Part shown: positions 17,401 through 27,530 of the stretch, piece after piece
Numbering within the stretch: the first letter of the stretch is position 1
Layout: each line of letters starts with the position of its first letter
Source of the DNA: Saprospiraceae bacterium
GTDB taxonomy: Bacteria; Bacteroidota; Bacteroidia; Chitinophagales; Saprospiraceae
NCBI GenBank assembly: GCA_965230755.1
Contig: CBDDLT010000005.1
Coordinates: forward strand, 221,467 to 285,466
Reading direction: 5' to 3'
Length of the DNA stretch: 64,000 nucleotides
Position numbers and translations under genes: made by a program
Notes under the pieces: generated by a model
Told to the model about the DNA's origin: nothing
Databases searched by the model: none
Seen by the model: the letters and a program-made list of their open reading frames with translations, nothing else

Positions 17401-20400
17401 GGCTGGAATTATGACCAATAATACCACTCCGGATTTTGAAAGAGCAAATTATGAAACCCTTGAGTTTTGGGTAATGAGCCCCTATTTGGAGGATCCTCAA
17501 TCTGATAATACCGGCTATCTGGTATTCAACTTGGGTAATATAAGTGAAGATGTTCTCAAAGACTCTGAGAAGTTTGCGGAGCATGCATTACCTACTGATC
17601 CTAATAATCGAGGCTTAAATGTTGACACTACGAATCTTTCAATTGTATCTACCATTGATCCCGCTATCAATGCATTTGAAAATGATCAGGAGTCTAGAAA
17701 TTTGCAAGATGTAGGTTATGATGGAATGGATAATGATCAAGAAAGACTGATTTATCAAGATTACATTAACGAGGTACTCCCATCCCTCAATCCCGGTGCA
17801 GCAAATGCTCTTCGAGAAGATCCAAGCAATGATGACTTTGTTTCGATAGGAGATGATCGAAATGGCAATGGTGTCATCAACAGATATAAGAGATTTTCTA
17901 TGCCTCAAGGGGACTCACAAATCAATACAGGCCAATTTGGAAATGTCAATCAATTCAAGAATTTCCCGGACCAAGAGGATTTAGATCAAGATGGATCTTT
18001 GGATGAGATAGAGCGATATTTCGAATATCGCATTCCGATAGAACCTGATGGAAATGGAGGTATTATGTTAAATGATTATATAATTTCTTCTAGGACTGTA
18101 AGTAATACAACGGTTAATGGTGTTCCGGCGCAATGGTTTCGGGTAAAAATTCCATTGGCTGATACTTCAGCTTCATCCAAAGTAGGGAATATTGCGGATT
18201 TTAGAAACATGCAATTTCTTAGAATGTATATGCATGGGTTCGAAAACCAAATAACTTTCCGTTTTGCAGAGATGGAATATGGACGTAACCTTTGGAGAAG
18301 ATATCTGGGTAATTTAAAGCAAGGAGTTGTTTTCCCTACTCCCGGAGATGAAACCGAGTTCAATATTTCCGCTATTAATGTTGAAGAAAACTCCGATGAA
18401 ACACCTTTTGGATATGATATTCCTATTGGAATAATACGAGAACAGATACAATCCTTTAATCAGAATCTTCAACAGAATGAACAGTCTCTAAATCTTGATA
18501 TATGTAATTTGAAACAAGCTGATGCCCGAGGAATTATCAAAGAATTATTTCTTGATTTAAGAAGATATAAAACACTAAGAATGTTTTCTCATTTGGAAAA
18601 TTCAGATTTCTCTATTGATCCGAATGATGGAGATCTAAGTTTGTTCATTCGATTGGGAAGCGATTATCAGAACAATTATTATGAATATGAAATTCCTTTG
18701 ACCTATTCAAGAGACAATTCACTTCCACGAGGTAGTAGAGCATATAAAGAAGAATTATGGCGTATAGAAAATGAACTGGAACTGAAGCTTCAAGACTTAA
18801 TAGGACTTAAGCGAGAGAGAAACAGAAATACAACGAGAATTGATTCATTATATGCACAACCGGACCCTTTAGATCCTTCTCGCACTCTGAAAATCAAAGG
18901 TAATCCAAATATGGGTTATGTTAAGGGTATCATGATTGGAGTTAGAAATAATTCTGACAGAGATCAATGTTTCGAACTTTGGGTTAATGAATTGCGTGTC
19001 ACAGGATTGGATGAACGAGGAGGTATGGCCGCTCTGGCTCAAGTCGAAGCGCAATTGGCTGATTTTGGCAATCTTTCTCTTGCTGGGCATTATTCTACCA
19101 TAGGATATGGAGATATCGATCAAAAAGTTGGAGATAGAAGCCTCGAAGATGTCAGACAACTAGATGCCTCTATCAATCTTGAGCTAGGTAAATTCTTTAA
19201 GGAAGAATCTGGAATTAAGATTCCATTCTATGCTCAATACAATGAGGTAAAAAGTACTCCAGAATTTGACCCCTATGATCTCGATATCAAGCTTCAAGAT
19301 AAACTGGCTGACGCCGAAGATGCTGAGGAACGGAAAATTATAGAAGATCAGGCCATTGAAAAGACGACCATTAAAGGTTATAATTTCACGAATGTTCGGA
19401 AGGAAAGAACAAATGGAAAGACTCCGATGCCTTGGGATGTAGAAAACCTTACTGCATCCTATGCCTATAATGAGATAGATAGGACAACTCCAATTATTGA
19501 ATTGGATAATGAAAAGAACTATACGGGAAGCTTGGGATATGATTATTCTATGCGTCCATTATACATTTATCCATTCAAAAAACTGATCAAGAAAGGCAAG
19601 TACTTGAAGATCATAAAGGATATCAATCTCAATCCTATTCCGAATGTATACAGTTTTAATACTGTAGTAGATAGAAAGATTTCTGAAGCGAGATATCGTT
19701 TTGCTGAACCTGCATTCAGTACATGGTATACTAAGCGGTTTACCTGGGATCGAAATTACGGTTTGAATTGGGACATTACACAGTCCTTGAAATTCAAGTA
19801 TAATTCTACAGCAATGGCCGTTATTGATGAGCCACCTGGTAAGATTGACACTGACGAGAAGCGGGATAGTATTCGAACCAATATTCGAGATCTGGGAAGG
19901 TTGAAGAATTACAACCATAATATATCCCTGAACTACACTTTGCCGATTAATAAGATCCCCATTTTGGATTGGGTTAAGGCCAAGGCTCAATATGGTGCTG
20001 ATTACAACTGGTCGGTTGCAGCTCTTAATATGGACTCTCTTGGTAATATCATTAGCAATAGCCAAAGAATCCAATTGGGTGGAGATCTCAATTTCCAACG
20101 ACTGTATTCCAAGTCCAAATACTTGGCGAAAATTGATCGTGGAAACAGATCTAGAAGTCGAAGGACGCCTAGTGTAAGCAATAATAAAGAGGTAACCACT
20201 AAGATCAAGAAAGGATCGTCGGCCAAAGGCAATGATGTGGCAACCTGGGAGAAAATCTTAATTCGACCCTTGATGACTTTGAGGCAAGGTAGATTGAATT
20301 ATGTAGAGACCAAAGGAACAACGATTCCTGGATTTACTCCGAGAGCCAAACTACTTGGGCAAAATGATAATTGGTCCGCTCCAGGATGGAAGTTCGTCGC

Positions 20401-21706
20401 TGGAATTCAGCCCGACCTAGCAACTTATCTCCCTGAAACAGCTGAAAACGGATGGATTACTCAGAGTCTTTTCCTTAACTCCAATGTACTTCAGGATGAG
20501 ACACAACAGTACGATGCTTCACTGAAATTGGAGCCTTTTAACAACTTCGTAGTAGATCTTACTGCCACCAAGCAGTCTGCCGAGAACCATACCGAGAAGT
20601 TTAAGATATTTGAACCTGGAGGTACTTATGAAAGAAGAGTACCCTATGATATGGGATCCTACACGATATCTTTTTTCAGTTTGAATACCTTCTTGAATGG
20701 AGACATTGATGGCCTGTTCAATACTTTTGAGCAATATCGAATTGATATCTCTCAGAGAATCGGGACGCCAGGAACAATACATCCTGAGGATCCAAGATAC
20801 ACAGAAGGATATGGCCCACTGCATCAAGATGTTCTAATCCCTGCATTTATTGCTGCATATACGGACCAAAGTCCAAATTCCGTCGAGCTAGACTTATTTA
20901 AACTGAGACCAAAAGTGAATTGGGATTTAAGTTATAAAGGACTCAGTAAGATTCCTTTCTTTTCTGAAAGAGTTAAGCAATTTTCTCTGGATCACGGTTA
21001 TCGTTCGACTCTCCAGGTCAACCAATACAATACAGAATCCAATTATGATCCTAGTAATACGGTTAAGTTGAATGAGCAAACGAATAACTATTATTCCAGG
21101 TTTGAAGTACCGAATGTCATCATTAATGAAGAATTAAGTCCTTTAATTGGGGTCAATACGACTTTATTTAATGACATGAACTTTGGATTTGATTATTCTA
21201 AAGCAAGATCACTTAACCTGAATTTTGTGACGGATAATAAGCATATCATTGAGAGTAATTCGACAACAGTCACTTTCAGCTTTGGTTATTTAATGAAAGA
21301 AGTCAACATTGGATTTTTAACAGGAAAGAATAAGAAAAAGAAAAAGAAGAAAAAAAGCCCAGCAGCTAAACAGGATTTGTTAAGATTGGATGAACTGCGT
21401 GATACCGAGCTGCAGGAGTTGTTTGACTTTTCTGTGGAGGATGAAAAAACGGGTGATCTTCAAATGAATCTGGACTTTTCTATTCGAGATGAAATAACCA
21501 AAAATCATCTCATAGATAAAGAAACCGATCAAGTGACAAGAGGAGCTCAAACTATATCTCTATCACCATCGGTGGATTACAGTTTGAATAAGAAGGTCAA
21601 CTTCAGAGTTTTCTTTGACTATACCAGTACTAATCCCTATACAACTCAACAGTTTAGAAGAGTGAATTATGCGGGAGGAGTTACTGTTCGACTATCTTTA
21701 GAATAA
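14432..21706 (+). CDS. sprA: Gliding-motility/T9SS translocon protein SprA (Sov)
   Basis: 2424 aa with a signal peptide. Matches the size and conserved RuvA-SprA synteny of Flavobacteriia/Cytophagia SprA. The composition is beta-rich and Asn/Asp/Tyr-rich, typical of a giant outer-membrane barrel. Confidence 0.85.
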   Translation: MKKSAIILMRPTFSVLLLLWAGLGIHLEAIGPAKDLIYTAIEDYHSLDTLPPMWEARDEYDLDQNPFDLNDPAIVKEEVEFDTENNNYILSKKIGEEFYTAPSHMSFQEYLDYKQKMADKEFMQKMNGLNSDGGFLDFAAGKADGINPVDNLNIQEDLVGGMFGGAQISIKPQGYVDFTFGGRGNFYDNPANPPEFNRQGFLPYFQPNINLRVEGGIGDKFNLGWDYNTQSTFDFDNRIKLAYDSEEWSEDEIVKKIEAGDVSLPLNSQLINGSQRLFGVKTELQFGKLTLTGLISQQKSQKKEIVIENGGRIREFFKYINEYDENRHFFLTHYNRETYERSLANLPQINTLFKIRKIELWTTNKNQQETDVLSEIIAVTDLGEPERISMSDRQYFPTTPRHPDIYDGKPLPGFELASQIGANDLFSTLRNDPAMRSTGTAKTRLENFYNMVNGQDFERLRARKLQRDRDYFVHEDLGFVSLNRQVETDEVLGVALEYEFNGKVYQIGEFNDDADSVLIVKLLKSQTNDVSNVSWDLMMKNIYSVGAYQVDREDFQLDIFYDDPGKGEKRFLPAPELDGRPLLQIFNLDNLNPVGDPQPDGRFDFVPDLTILPRTGKIIFPVLEPFGSSLRNYLASQGVPEEEDIYSFPELYSNTIINTLQSPETNRFVIRGKYKSDVTADISLGAFNIPRGSVVVTAGGRRLQEGLDYEIDYNIGRIKILNESYLASGPVKISFEDNGALGFQVKTMMGLRADYRVNKHINVGGTFMHLYERPFTPKVNIGDDPINNRVYGLDFSYEKSAPWLTRLVDKIPGIDTKEESKIKFYAETAFLKPGHARAIRQGDEEDGTVYLDDFEGSSNGVPVESFHGNWTLASIPSASRFDNVEFLPEHQLNNDLNINVNRALMSWYRILDTEVGDNINNSHYSRVIQAGEIFPQRQLNIQQSITRFLTFDVSYFPNERGPYNFDRPGGTAYSAGINADGELLDPRKRWAGIMTNNTTPDFERANYETLEFWVMSPYLEDPQSDNTGYLVFNLGNISEDVLKDSEKFAEHALPTDPNNRGLNVDTTNLSIVSTIDPAINAFENDQESRNLQDVGYDGMDNDQERLIYQDYINEVLPSLNPGAANALREDPSNDDFVSIGDDRNGNGVINRYKRFSMPQGDSQINTGQFGNVNQFKNFPDQEDLDQDGSLDEIERYFEYRIPIEPDGNGGIMLNDYIISSRTVSNTTVNGVPAQWFRVKIPLADTSASSKVGNIADFRNMQFLRMYMHGFENQITFRFAEMEYGRNLWRRYLGNLKQGVVFPTPGDETEFNISAINVEENSDETPFGYDIPIGIIREQIQSFNQNLQQNEQSLNLDICNLKQADARGIIKELFLDLRRYKTLRMFSHLENSDFSIDPNDGDLSLFIRLGSDYQNNYYEYEIPLTYSRDNSLPRGSRAYKEELWRIENELELKLQDLIGLKRERNRNTTRIDSLYAQPDPLDPSRTLKIKGNPNMGYVKGIMIGVRNNSDRDQCFELWVNELRVTGLDERGGMAALAQVEAQLADFGNLSLAGHYSTIGYGDIDQKVGDRSLEDVRQLDASINLELGKFFKEESGIKIPFYAQYNEVKSTPEFDPYDLDIKLQDKLADAEDAEERKIIEDQAIEKTTIKGYNFTNVRKERTNGKTPMPWDVENLTASYAYNEIDRTTPIIELDNEKNYTGSLGYDYSMRPLYIYPFKKLIKKGKYLKIIKDINLNPIPNVYSFNTVVDRKISEARYRFAEPAFSTWYTKRFTWDRNYGLNWDITQSLKFKYNSTAMAVIDEPPGKIDTDEKRDSIRTNIRDLGRLKNYNHNISLNYTLPINKIPILDWVKAKAQYGADYNWSVAALNMDSLGNIISNSQRIQLGGDLNFQRLYSKSKYLAKIDRGNRSRSRRTPSVSNNKEVTTKIKKGSSAKGNDVATWEKILIRPLMTLRQGRLNYVETKGTTIPGFTPRAKLLGQNDNWSAPGWKFVAGIQPDLATYLPETAENGWITQSLFLNSNVLQDETQQYDASLKLEPFNNFVVDLTATKQSAENHTEKFKIFEPGGTYERRVPYDMGSYTISFFSLNTFLNGDIDGLFNTFEQYRIDISQRIGTPGTIHPEDPRYTEGYGPLHQDVLIPAFIAAYTDQSPNSVELDLFKLRPKVNWDLSYKGLSKIPFFSERVKQFSLDHGYRSTLQVNQYNTESNYDPSNTVKLNEQTNNYYSRFEVPNVIINEELSPLIGVNTTLFNDMNFGFDYSKARSLNLNFVTDNKHIIESNSTTVTFSFGYLMKEVNIGFLTGKNKKKKKKKKSPAAKQDLLRLDELRDTELQELFDFSVEDEKTGDLQMNLDFSIRDEITKNHLIDKETDQVTRGAQTISLSPSVDYSLNKKVNFRVFFDYTSTNPYTTQQFRRVNYAGGVTVRLSLE

Positions 21707-21715
21707 GTTCCTTCT

Positions 21716-23191
21716 ATGCTGAGTCGAAATAGAATTGTCTTGATTGTCGCCCTGATGGGATTTGCTTTAATCGGGATACTCTATTTGCAATATGACTATA
21801 TCGCCCAAAATGTGCGACTCAGCGAGGAGCGATTCGACCGTACAATTGCTGTTCTAGGGGAAAAGGTTTCTTCCAGACTTCAATCCATGGAAAACCATTA
21901 CAGTTATCAGCTGTACTATACATGGAACAATGCAAGAAAAAAGAATCCTAGTCTGGATATAGACGCCTTGGACTTGCTGGTTAATGACTTTTACATGAAT
22001 AAAAATGTAATTGCTCAGTTTAATAAAAGAATGACACAAGATTCTTTAGAAACCACCTCCGACGATCTGATTAACGTGGCGATTAACCGTGTAAAAATTG
22101 GCTTTCAGAGAAAACCTTTGGAGGAACGTATTTCTCCAAGAGAGTTGGAACGTATCATCAATCAATACCTCAACAATGCCAAAATAGAAACCAAAGCCGA
22201 ATTCGGGGTTTTCTCAAATTCTGAGAAAAGATTTGTGATTTTAAATGGCTCCTACTTGATCCAAGATGATTTCATGGACGAGAATCACAATGCTTACAGC
22301 ATCTTTAAGGGGACACCATATAAATTTGACCTATTTGAATCAGATGGGATATCGCCTGGAATTCTGCTTTTTGATTTCCCCAATAAGAACAGTTATATCT
22401 GGAGGTCTGCGCTTTTCAATATCATAGCAGCAGGAATGCTCATTTTGATTATTATAGCATGTTTCGTTTATACCGTTCAGGTGATTTTTAGACAGAAGAA
22501 GGTGTCTGAGATGAAAACTGATTTCATCAATAACATGACCCATGAATTCAAGACACCCATTGCAACCATCTCCTTAGCTTCGGATTCGATTAATAATCCA
22601 TCGATTATTGAGAGTCCCGATAAAATCCGAAAGTTTATTGGTATCATTCGACAAGAAAATGATAGAATGCTGAGGCAAGTCGAAAAGGTCTTGGAAATAG
22701 CGCGTATTGACAAAAACAATGTCCGGATGTCGAAGAAAGAAGTAAATCTCTCCTTAATTCTTTCTGAAGCTGTTCAGTCATTCCGATTGAAAATAGAAAA
22801 TATGTCCGGAAGTATTAAAGAAAATCAACGAGCAGGGAGGAGTACAATTTATGCTGACCCCACGCACATCGGAAATTTATTTTACAATTTATTGGACAAC
22901 GGAGTAAAGTATGTGAACGAAGCTCCGCATCTCTTAGTAGAGACTTACAATAAAAATGATAGAATTTATGTTTCGATAACAGACAATGGTATTGGAATAA
23001 GTAAGGACCAACAAAAACATATTTTTGATAAGTTCTATCGAGTACCAACAGGTAATGTTCATAATGTTAAGGGGTTTGGCTTAGGATTGAGTTATGTGAA
23101 GAAAATTGTAGAGCTACACGAGGGAAAAGTGTACGTTCAGAGTACTTTAGGTAAAGGAAGTACCTTCACCGTAGAGCTTCCCCTGTATTAA
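21716..23191 (+). CDS. Two-component sensor histidine kinase
   Basis: N-terminal TM segment, a second TM before the kinase core, H-box MTHEFKTPIATISLASD, N-box NLLDNGVKY, G-boxes DNGIGIS and GFGLGLSYVKKIVELHEGKV. Confidence 0.85.
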   Translation: MLSRNRIVLIVALMGFALIGILYLQYDYIAQNVRLSEERFDRTIAVLGEKVSSRLQSMENHYSYQLYYTWNNARKKNPSLDIDALDLLVNDFYMNKNVIAQFNKRMTQDSLETTSDDLINVAINRVKIGFQRKPLEERISPRELERIINQYLNNAKIETKAEFGVFSNSEKRFVILNGSYLIQDDFMDENHNAYSIFKGTPYKFDLFESDGISPGILLFDFPNKNSYIWRSALFNIIAAGMLILIIIACFVYTVQVIFRQKKVSEMKTDFINNMTHEFKTPIATISLASDSINNPSIIESPDKIRKFIGIIRQENDRMLRQVEKVLEIARIDKNNVRMSKKEVNLSLILSEAVQSFRLKIENMSGSIKENQRAGRSTIYADPTHIGNLFYNLLDNGVKYVNEAPHLLVETYNKNDRIYVSITDNGIGISKDQQKHIFDKFYRVPTGNVHNVKGFGLGLSYVKKIVELHEGKVYVQSTLGKGSTFTVELPLY

Positions 23192-23210
23192 ATGCTAAAA
23201 AAATATTTTT

Positions 23211-23915
23211 ATGAAAGACGGGAATATTAGAATCTTATTGGTGGAAGACGACACGAACTTTGGGGATGTGCTCATGTCGTATCTCGAAATGAACAATTAC
23301 GATGTCGAATTGGCCAAGGATGGAGAATCGGGTTTTGAGTTGTTCAAAAAGAAGCCATTTGATCTATGCATCTTTGATGTGATGATGCCGAAAAAAGACG
23401 GTTTCAGTTTGGCTGAAGATGTTCGTCTCCTCAACGAGGATATTCCAATAGTCTTTCTCACCGCTAAGGGACTTAAAGAAGACATTATCAAGGGATTTAA
23501 AATAGGTGCAGATGATTATGTGACCAAACCCTTTAATTCTGAAGAATTGTTGTATAGAATTCAGGCCATTCTCAAGAGAACAGGAAGTATTGTCGAAGAA
23601 GACAAAGACGAATTCCAAATCGGTGAATATCATTTCAATTACCCCTTGCGAATTTTGTCACGCGGAGAGAATAAAGAAAAATTATCTCCTAAAGAAGCTC
23701 AACTTCTCAAGATGTTTGCCCTTAAGAAGAATGAAGTCCTATTGCGTTCCGATGCTCTAAAAAGAATTTGGGGTGAAGACAATTACTTCACTGCAAGAAG
23801 TATGGATGTATTCGTAACCAAACTCAGAAAATACTTGAAAAACGACCCCAACGTCGAAATCGCCAATATTCATGGCAATGGATTTAGACTGATCGATTCT
23901 TCCAGTACAGAATAA
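23211..23915 (+). CDS. OmpR/PhoB-family response regulator (receiver plus winged-helix)
   Basis: RILLVEDD...DLCIFDVMMPKKDGFSL...PIVFLTAKG...GADDYVTKPF, with a C-terminal trans_reg_C-like tail (LSPKEAQLLKMF...VFVTKLRKYL). Confidence 0.85.
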   Translation: MKDGNIRILLVEDDTNFGDVLMSYLEMNNYDVELAKDGESGFELFKKKPFDLCIFDVMMPKKDGFSLAEDVRLLNEDIPIVFLTAKGLKEDIIKGFKIGADDYVTKPFNSEELLYRIQAILKRTGSIVEEDKDEFQIGEYHFNYPLRILSRGENKEKLSPKEAQLLKMFALKKNEVLLRSDALKRIWGEDNYFTARSMDVFVTKLRKYLKNDPNVEIANIHGNGFRLIDSSSTE

Positions 23916-23929
23916 GCAAAAATTCACCT

Positions 23930-24994
23930 TTACATCAAGATGCCGTTTTTGGGGAGAATCGGTTCTGGCACATCCTTTTCTTTCAGCATTTCGAAAAGAT
24001 CTATTTCTATGACCCTACATAGACTGAGCATTGGAATATCGTTCCCTAGCCCCTCAAATGGATTCTCCGAATAATCACCGATCAATTCCATCAAGAGATA
24101 AACCCATCCCACAAGAATGGTAAAAGGGATAGACAACCACGCTCCCCATTCACCTAATTCATGAAAAACAGTTACCATCCCCCAGGGTAAAAGAAAAATG
24201 AATATACCGACAAAGATCGCACTCATGCTGGCATATTGTCTAGGTAGGGGAAACTTCTTGATCCGCTCACATTTCCCTTGTAAATCATAGAATTCGTTGA
24301 GAATATTCTGTAATTCCATGTGTCGGAAATCATCAATTAAGCCTTCTTGCCTTAACTCTGACAATGACACTGACTGTCTATTAACAATTTGTGTAGCCGT
24401 ATTTTTATAGTTGATCAACTCTTCATATTCTTCGTCTTTCAAATAATTTCTTAATTCTATCTGAGTAACTTCATCCGCATAAAGTCCAACTCCAAAAGTC
24501 TTAAACCTTCTTTCGGTAGTTCTTCTCACATACTTGTTGCTATGACTTATATGTTCCCATTCAGTAGGTATCAATAGCTGACTTCTCAAAGCATACAACC
24601 AGGCAATATGTCGAAATATCAAGCGCCTTTTCATCTGTAAGATCTCCTCTTTGGAATATGACCCATCAGTAAATTGAGCGGTAACAAAACCAATTACTGC
24701 CGCTCCCCATGCCCTACTACTGTTTACAATGCCACCCCAGATTTTGCGTGCTTCCCACAGCCTGTCGTAAGAACTGTTATTCTTAAAACCCACATAAAAG
24801 GCCACCGCGGTACCAATTACTGCAACCGGAAGCCACGGAACTTGAAAGTCGGGAACATTGTATCCTTTAAAATGCAGATAATGCAGTGTTTCTATAAAGC
24901 ATGTTACAAAAACGGTCCATAGAGTAAGCCATATTAAATGACCTCCAGAAAAGTTCATTACACTCCTGAAAGAAAAATTCTTTTTTACATACAT
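23930..24994 (-). CDS. Bestrophin/UPF0187 (YneE) family membrane channel protein
   Basis: SYDRLWEARKIWGGIVNSSRAW with flanking TM helices is the hallmark of the UPF0187/bestrophin homologues. Confidence 0.65.
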   Translation of the reverse strand: MYVKKNFSFRSVMNFSGGHLIWLTLWTVFVTCFIETLHYLHFKGYNVPDFQVPWLPVAVIGTAVAFYVGFKNNSSYDRLWEARKIWGGIVNSSRAWGAAVIGFVTAQFTDGSYSKEEILQMKRRLIFRHIAWLYALRSQLLIPTEWEHISHSNKYVRRTTERRFKTFGVGLYADEVTQIELRNYLKDEEYEELINYKNTATQIVNRQSVSLSELRQEGLIDDFRHMELQNILNEFYDLQGKCERIKKFPLPRQYASMSAIFVGIFIFLLPWGMVTVFHELGEWGAWLSIPFTILVGWVYLLMELIGDYSENPFEGLGNDIPMLSLCRVIEIDLFEMLKEKDVPEPILPKNGILM

Positions 24995-25160
24995 CTCTTA
25001 ACACTTGTTGAAGTAGTGAATAAAAAGCAATACTACACAAATAATTAGTACTTCTAATGTTCAAATATAGAAGCCTTCTTTTTATATTCGTCTCAAAGCT
25101 CCAGTTTAGAACAAAACCAGCTTCTTCATGTTTAATAATCGTTGATCAAAAATTAGAACT

Positions 25161-25769
25161 ATGTCTTTTGAATTACCAGAATTACCTTATGATTATAACG
25201 CTCTAGAACCACATATAGATGAGCAAACAATGCGCATACATCATGGAAAACACCATGCCGGATATACCAAAAAATTAAATGCGGCTCTTGATGGTGTTGA
25301 CGTGGAAGGTAAAAGTATTGAAGATATTTTAGCCGGCATATCCAACTATGGAGTGGGCGTGAGAAATAATGGTGGAGGATTCTATAACCATGCACTTTTT
25401 TGGTCAGTAATGGGACCGAATGGTGGTGGAAATCCTTCAGGTGATCTTGCTGCGGCAATTGATGATGCTTTTGGATCTTTGGAAAATTTCAAATCCGAAT
25501 TTTCTTCAGCTGCTGGTAGTCGTTTTGGCTCGGGATGGGCATGGCTATGCGTTGGATCTGATGGTAAACTATTTGTAACAAGCACCCCAAATCAGGACAA
25601 TCCATTGATGGATATTGCTGCTCAAAAAGGAACACCAATATTGGGACTAGACGTTTGGGAGCATGCTTATTATTTGAATTACCAGAATAGAAGACCGGAT
25701 TATGTAGCGGCCTTTTTCAATGTGATCAATTGGGATGCGGTAGCGGAAAGATATGCTGCAGCGAAATAA
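25161..25769 (+). CDS. sodA: Fe/Mn superoxide dismutase
   Basis: [28 protein letters not shown]...FNN..GHxNHALFW...GSGWAWL...[21 protein letters not shown]. Confidence 0.9.
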   Translation: MSFELPELPYDYNALEPHIDEQTMRIHHGKHHAGYTKKLNAALDGVDVEGKSIEDILAGISNYGVGVRNNGGGFYNHALFWSVMGPNGGGNPSGDLAAAIDDAFGSLENFKSEFSSAAGSRFGSGWAWLCVGSDGKLFVTSTPNQDNPLMDIAAQKGTPILGLDVWEHAYYLNYQNRRPDYVAAFFNVINWDAVAERYAAAK

Positions 25770-25794
25770 TTGATTATTTTCTAGAAAATATACA

Positions 25795-25836
25795 AGAGAT
25801 GGTTCCTTGACTGAGAATCATCTCTTTTTTTTATTC
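25795..25836. terminator. Hairpin plus T-run between the convergent sodA and rhomboid genes
   Basis: AAGAGATG...CATCTCTT stem followed by TTTTTTTT. Confidence 0.4.
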
Positions 25837-25855
25837 AGAGTGGTCCATCTTGATC

Positions 25856-26572
25856 TTACAAACTAGAATTTTGATTCCAATTATCCCTATCCTGTCTTTC
25901 CTTTAGGGTATAATCGAAGGTATCTGAATTCAGGAACCTTCTTTCTTCCGGTGGAGCTTCCAACTCCCAGCTAGCTTTTTTCTTTCTATCTCCTTCTTCA
26001 ATCTCTTCTCTAAAAAGATAAGAAACGAATACTCCAACTATTGCACCCAATAAATGGCTTTCCCAGGAAACTCCTTCTCTAATGGGAAATACCCCTATGA
26101 TCATTCCGGAGTAAAGGAAAAAAACGACCAATGAAATAGCAATAGACCTTACACTTTTTCTAAAAATACCATTCCAGAAAAGAAACGCAACCATTCCATA
26201 CACTACCCCACTTGCTCCAATATGGAAGCTTGGCCTGGCAAAAAGCCACACTAGAATGCCTGTGAGAATATAAATCAGAAAGAAACTCTTAACTGCTATT
26301 CTACGATAGAATAATAGCATGAAAATGGCGCAGACAAGGAACGGGATAGAATTGTTGATTAAATGCCCGAAATCTCCATGAATAAGAGGAGAAGTAAGAA
26401 TACCAAGCATTCCCTGGACGTGTCTTGGATAAACTCCCCAACCGTAATAACTGAAACCCAAAAATACTTGGGAGAGGTGAATTCCCCATATAATTACTAA
26501 AAAGAGTAATGGCCATTTAATGACCGCCAAATTGCTTTCTTGTTTGCTCATTCTAAGAAAGTATCTTAACAA
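25856..26572 (-). CDS. Rhomboid-family intramembrane serine protease
   Basis: Six TM helices. GASGVVYGMVAFL (GxSG catalytic Ser) and a downstream catalytic His in SHLLGAIVGVFV. The His-rich loop HGDFGHLINN also fits. Confidence 0.75.
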   Translation of the reverse strand: MLRYFLRMSKQESNLAVIKWPLLFLVIIWGIHLSQVFLGFSYYGWGVYPRHVQGMLGILTSPLIHGDFGHLINNSIPFLVCAIFMLLFYRRIAVKSFFLIYILTGILVWLFARPSFHIGASGVVYGMVAFLFWNGIFRKSVRSIAISLVVFFLYSGMIIGVFPIREGVSWESHLLGAIVGVFVSYLFREEIEEGDRKKKASWELEAPPEERRFLNSDTFDYTLKERQDRDNWNQNSSL

Positions 26573-27524
26573 TATCCTGGAAGGTCTTTTCCATCTTCAT
26601 ATTTTTTTCAATTGCCTCCTTGAAGGGTGTCAACACGATCTTATTATTCACTATTCCAATCATCCCATCTCTTTTGCCTTCCATCAAGGATTCGATACAA
26701 GCCAAACCTATTTGAGAGGCCCGCACCCTTTCCATGCATGTAGGCGATCCTCCTCTTTGAATATGTCCTAATATCGTAACCCTCAAACTTAAAGATGGCA
26801 TTCTATTGCTCAATTGATCGGCCAATGCATAAGCACCACCTATCTCATCTCCTTCGGCAACAACTAAAATACTTGAGGTATCTCTATTTTTATGCCTTTC
26901 CCGAATTTTCTTCACAATAACATTGATATCAGTGGGAAATTCGGGTGCCAAAACAGATTCTGCTCCTACTGCTATGCCGGTTCTTAAAGCAATAAACCCT
27001 GCATCGCGCCCCATAACTTCAATTATAAAAAGCCGATCGTGAGAAGAGGCTGTATCCTTTATTTTATCTATGGCCTCCATGGCTGTATTTACAGCTGTAT
27101 CGTATCCAATGGTAAAATCAGTACCGTAAAGATCATTATCAATAGTACCTGGTGCTCCCAGGATATTGATATCGGGAAATTCAGAACCAAAAACATACGC
27201 TCCTGTAAAGGTGCCATCACCGCCGATCACAACCATTTGATCTACACCTTCCTTTTTTAAATTCTCGTAGGCTTTTTGCCTTCCTTGTTTGGTCTTGAAT
27301 TTCATACTACGGGCAGACCCAAGTATTGTTCCTCCACGGTGGATTATATTACTGACCGATTTATTATCCATTTTGATAAAATCGCCCTCTATCAAGCCAT
27401 TGTAACCTCTTATGACCCCGATAGGTTCCTTACCATGATATAGTGCAGTTCTAACACAAGCTCTTATGCAGGCATTCATCCCCGGTGCATCACCACCAGA
27501 AGTAAGAATCGCAATCTTTCCCAT
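26553..27524 (-). CDS. pfkA: ATP-dependent 6-phosphofructokinase
   Basis: MGKIAILTSGGDAPGMNACIRA...IGGDGT...MGRDAGFIAL...LGHIQRGGSP. Confidence 0.9.
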   Translation of the reverse strand: MGKIAILTSGGDAPGMNACIRACVRTALYHGKEPIGVIRGYNGLIEGDFIKMDNKSVSNIIHRGGTILGSARSMKFKTKQGRQKAYENLKKEGVDQMVVIGGDGTFTGAYVFGSEFPDINILGAPGTIDNDLYGTDFTIGYDTAVNTAMEAIDKIKDTASSHDRLFIIEVMGRDAGFIALRTGIAVGAESVLAPEFPTDINVIVKKIRERHKNRDTSSILVVAEGDEIGGAYALADQLSNRMPSLSLRVTILGHIQRGGSPTCMERVRASQIGLACIESLMEGKRDGMIGIVNNKIVLTPFKEAIEKNMKMEKTFQDIVKILS

Positions 27525-27530
27525 TCAAAA

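Noticed and set aside
19559-20098. 179-aa minus-strand ORF inside sprA (and other internal antisense ORFs 17381-18363, 18869-19159, 20002-20232)
   Set aside because: They lie entirely within, and antisense to, a well-supported 2424-aa gene, and have no motifs.
21328-21360. A-rich tract in sprA as a programmed frameshift or pseudogene lesion
   Set aside because: The reading frame is continuous through the tract and the protein continues for 120 aa with conserved-looking beta-barrel sequence. It is reported as a poly-Lys insertion instead.
21716-23915. Calling the HK/RR pair PorY/PorX
   Set aside because: PorX has a PglZ effector domain. This regulator has a classical OmpR winged-helix C-terminus, so the PorXY name would be unjustified.
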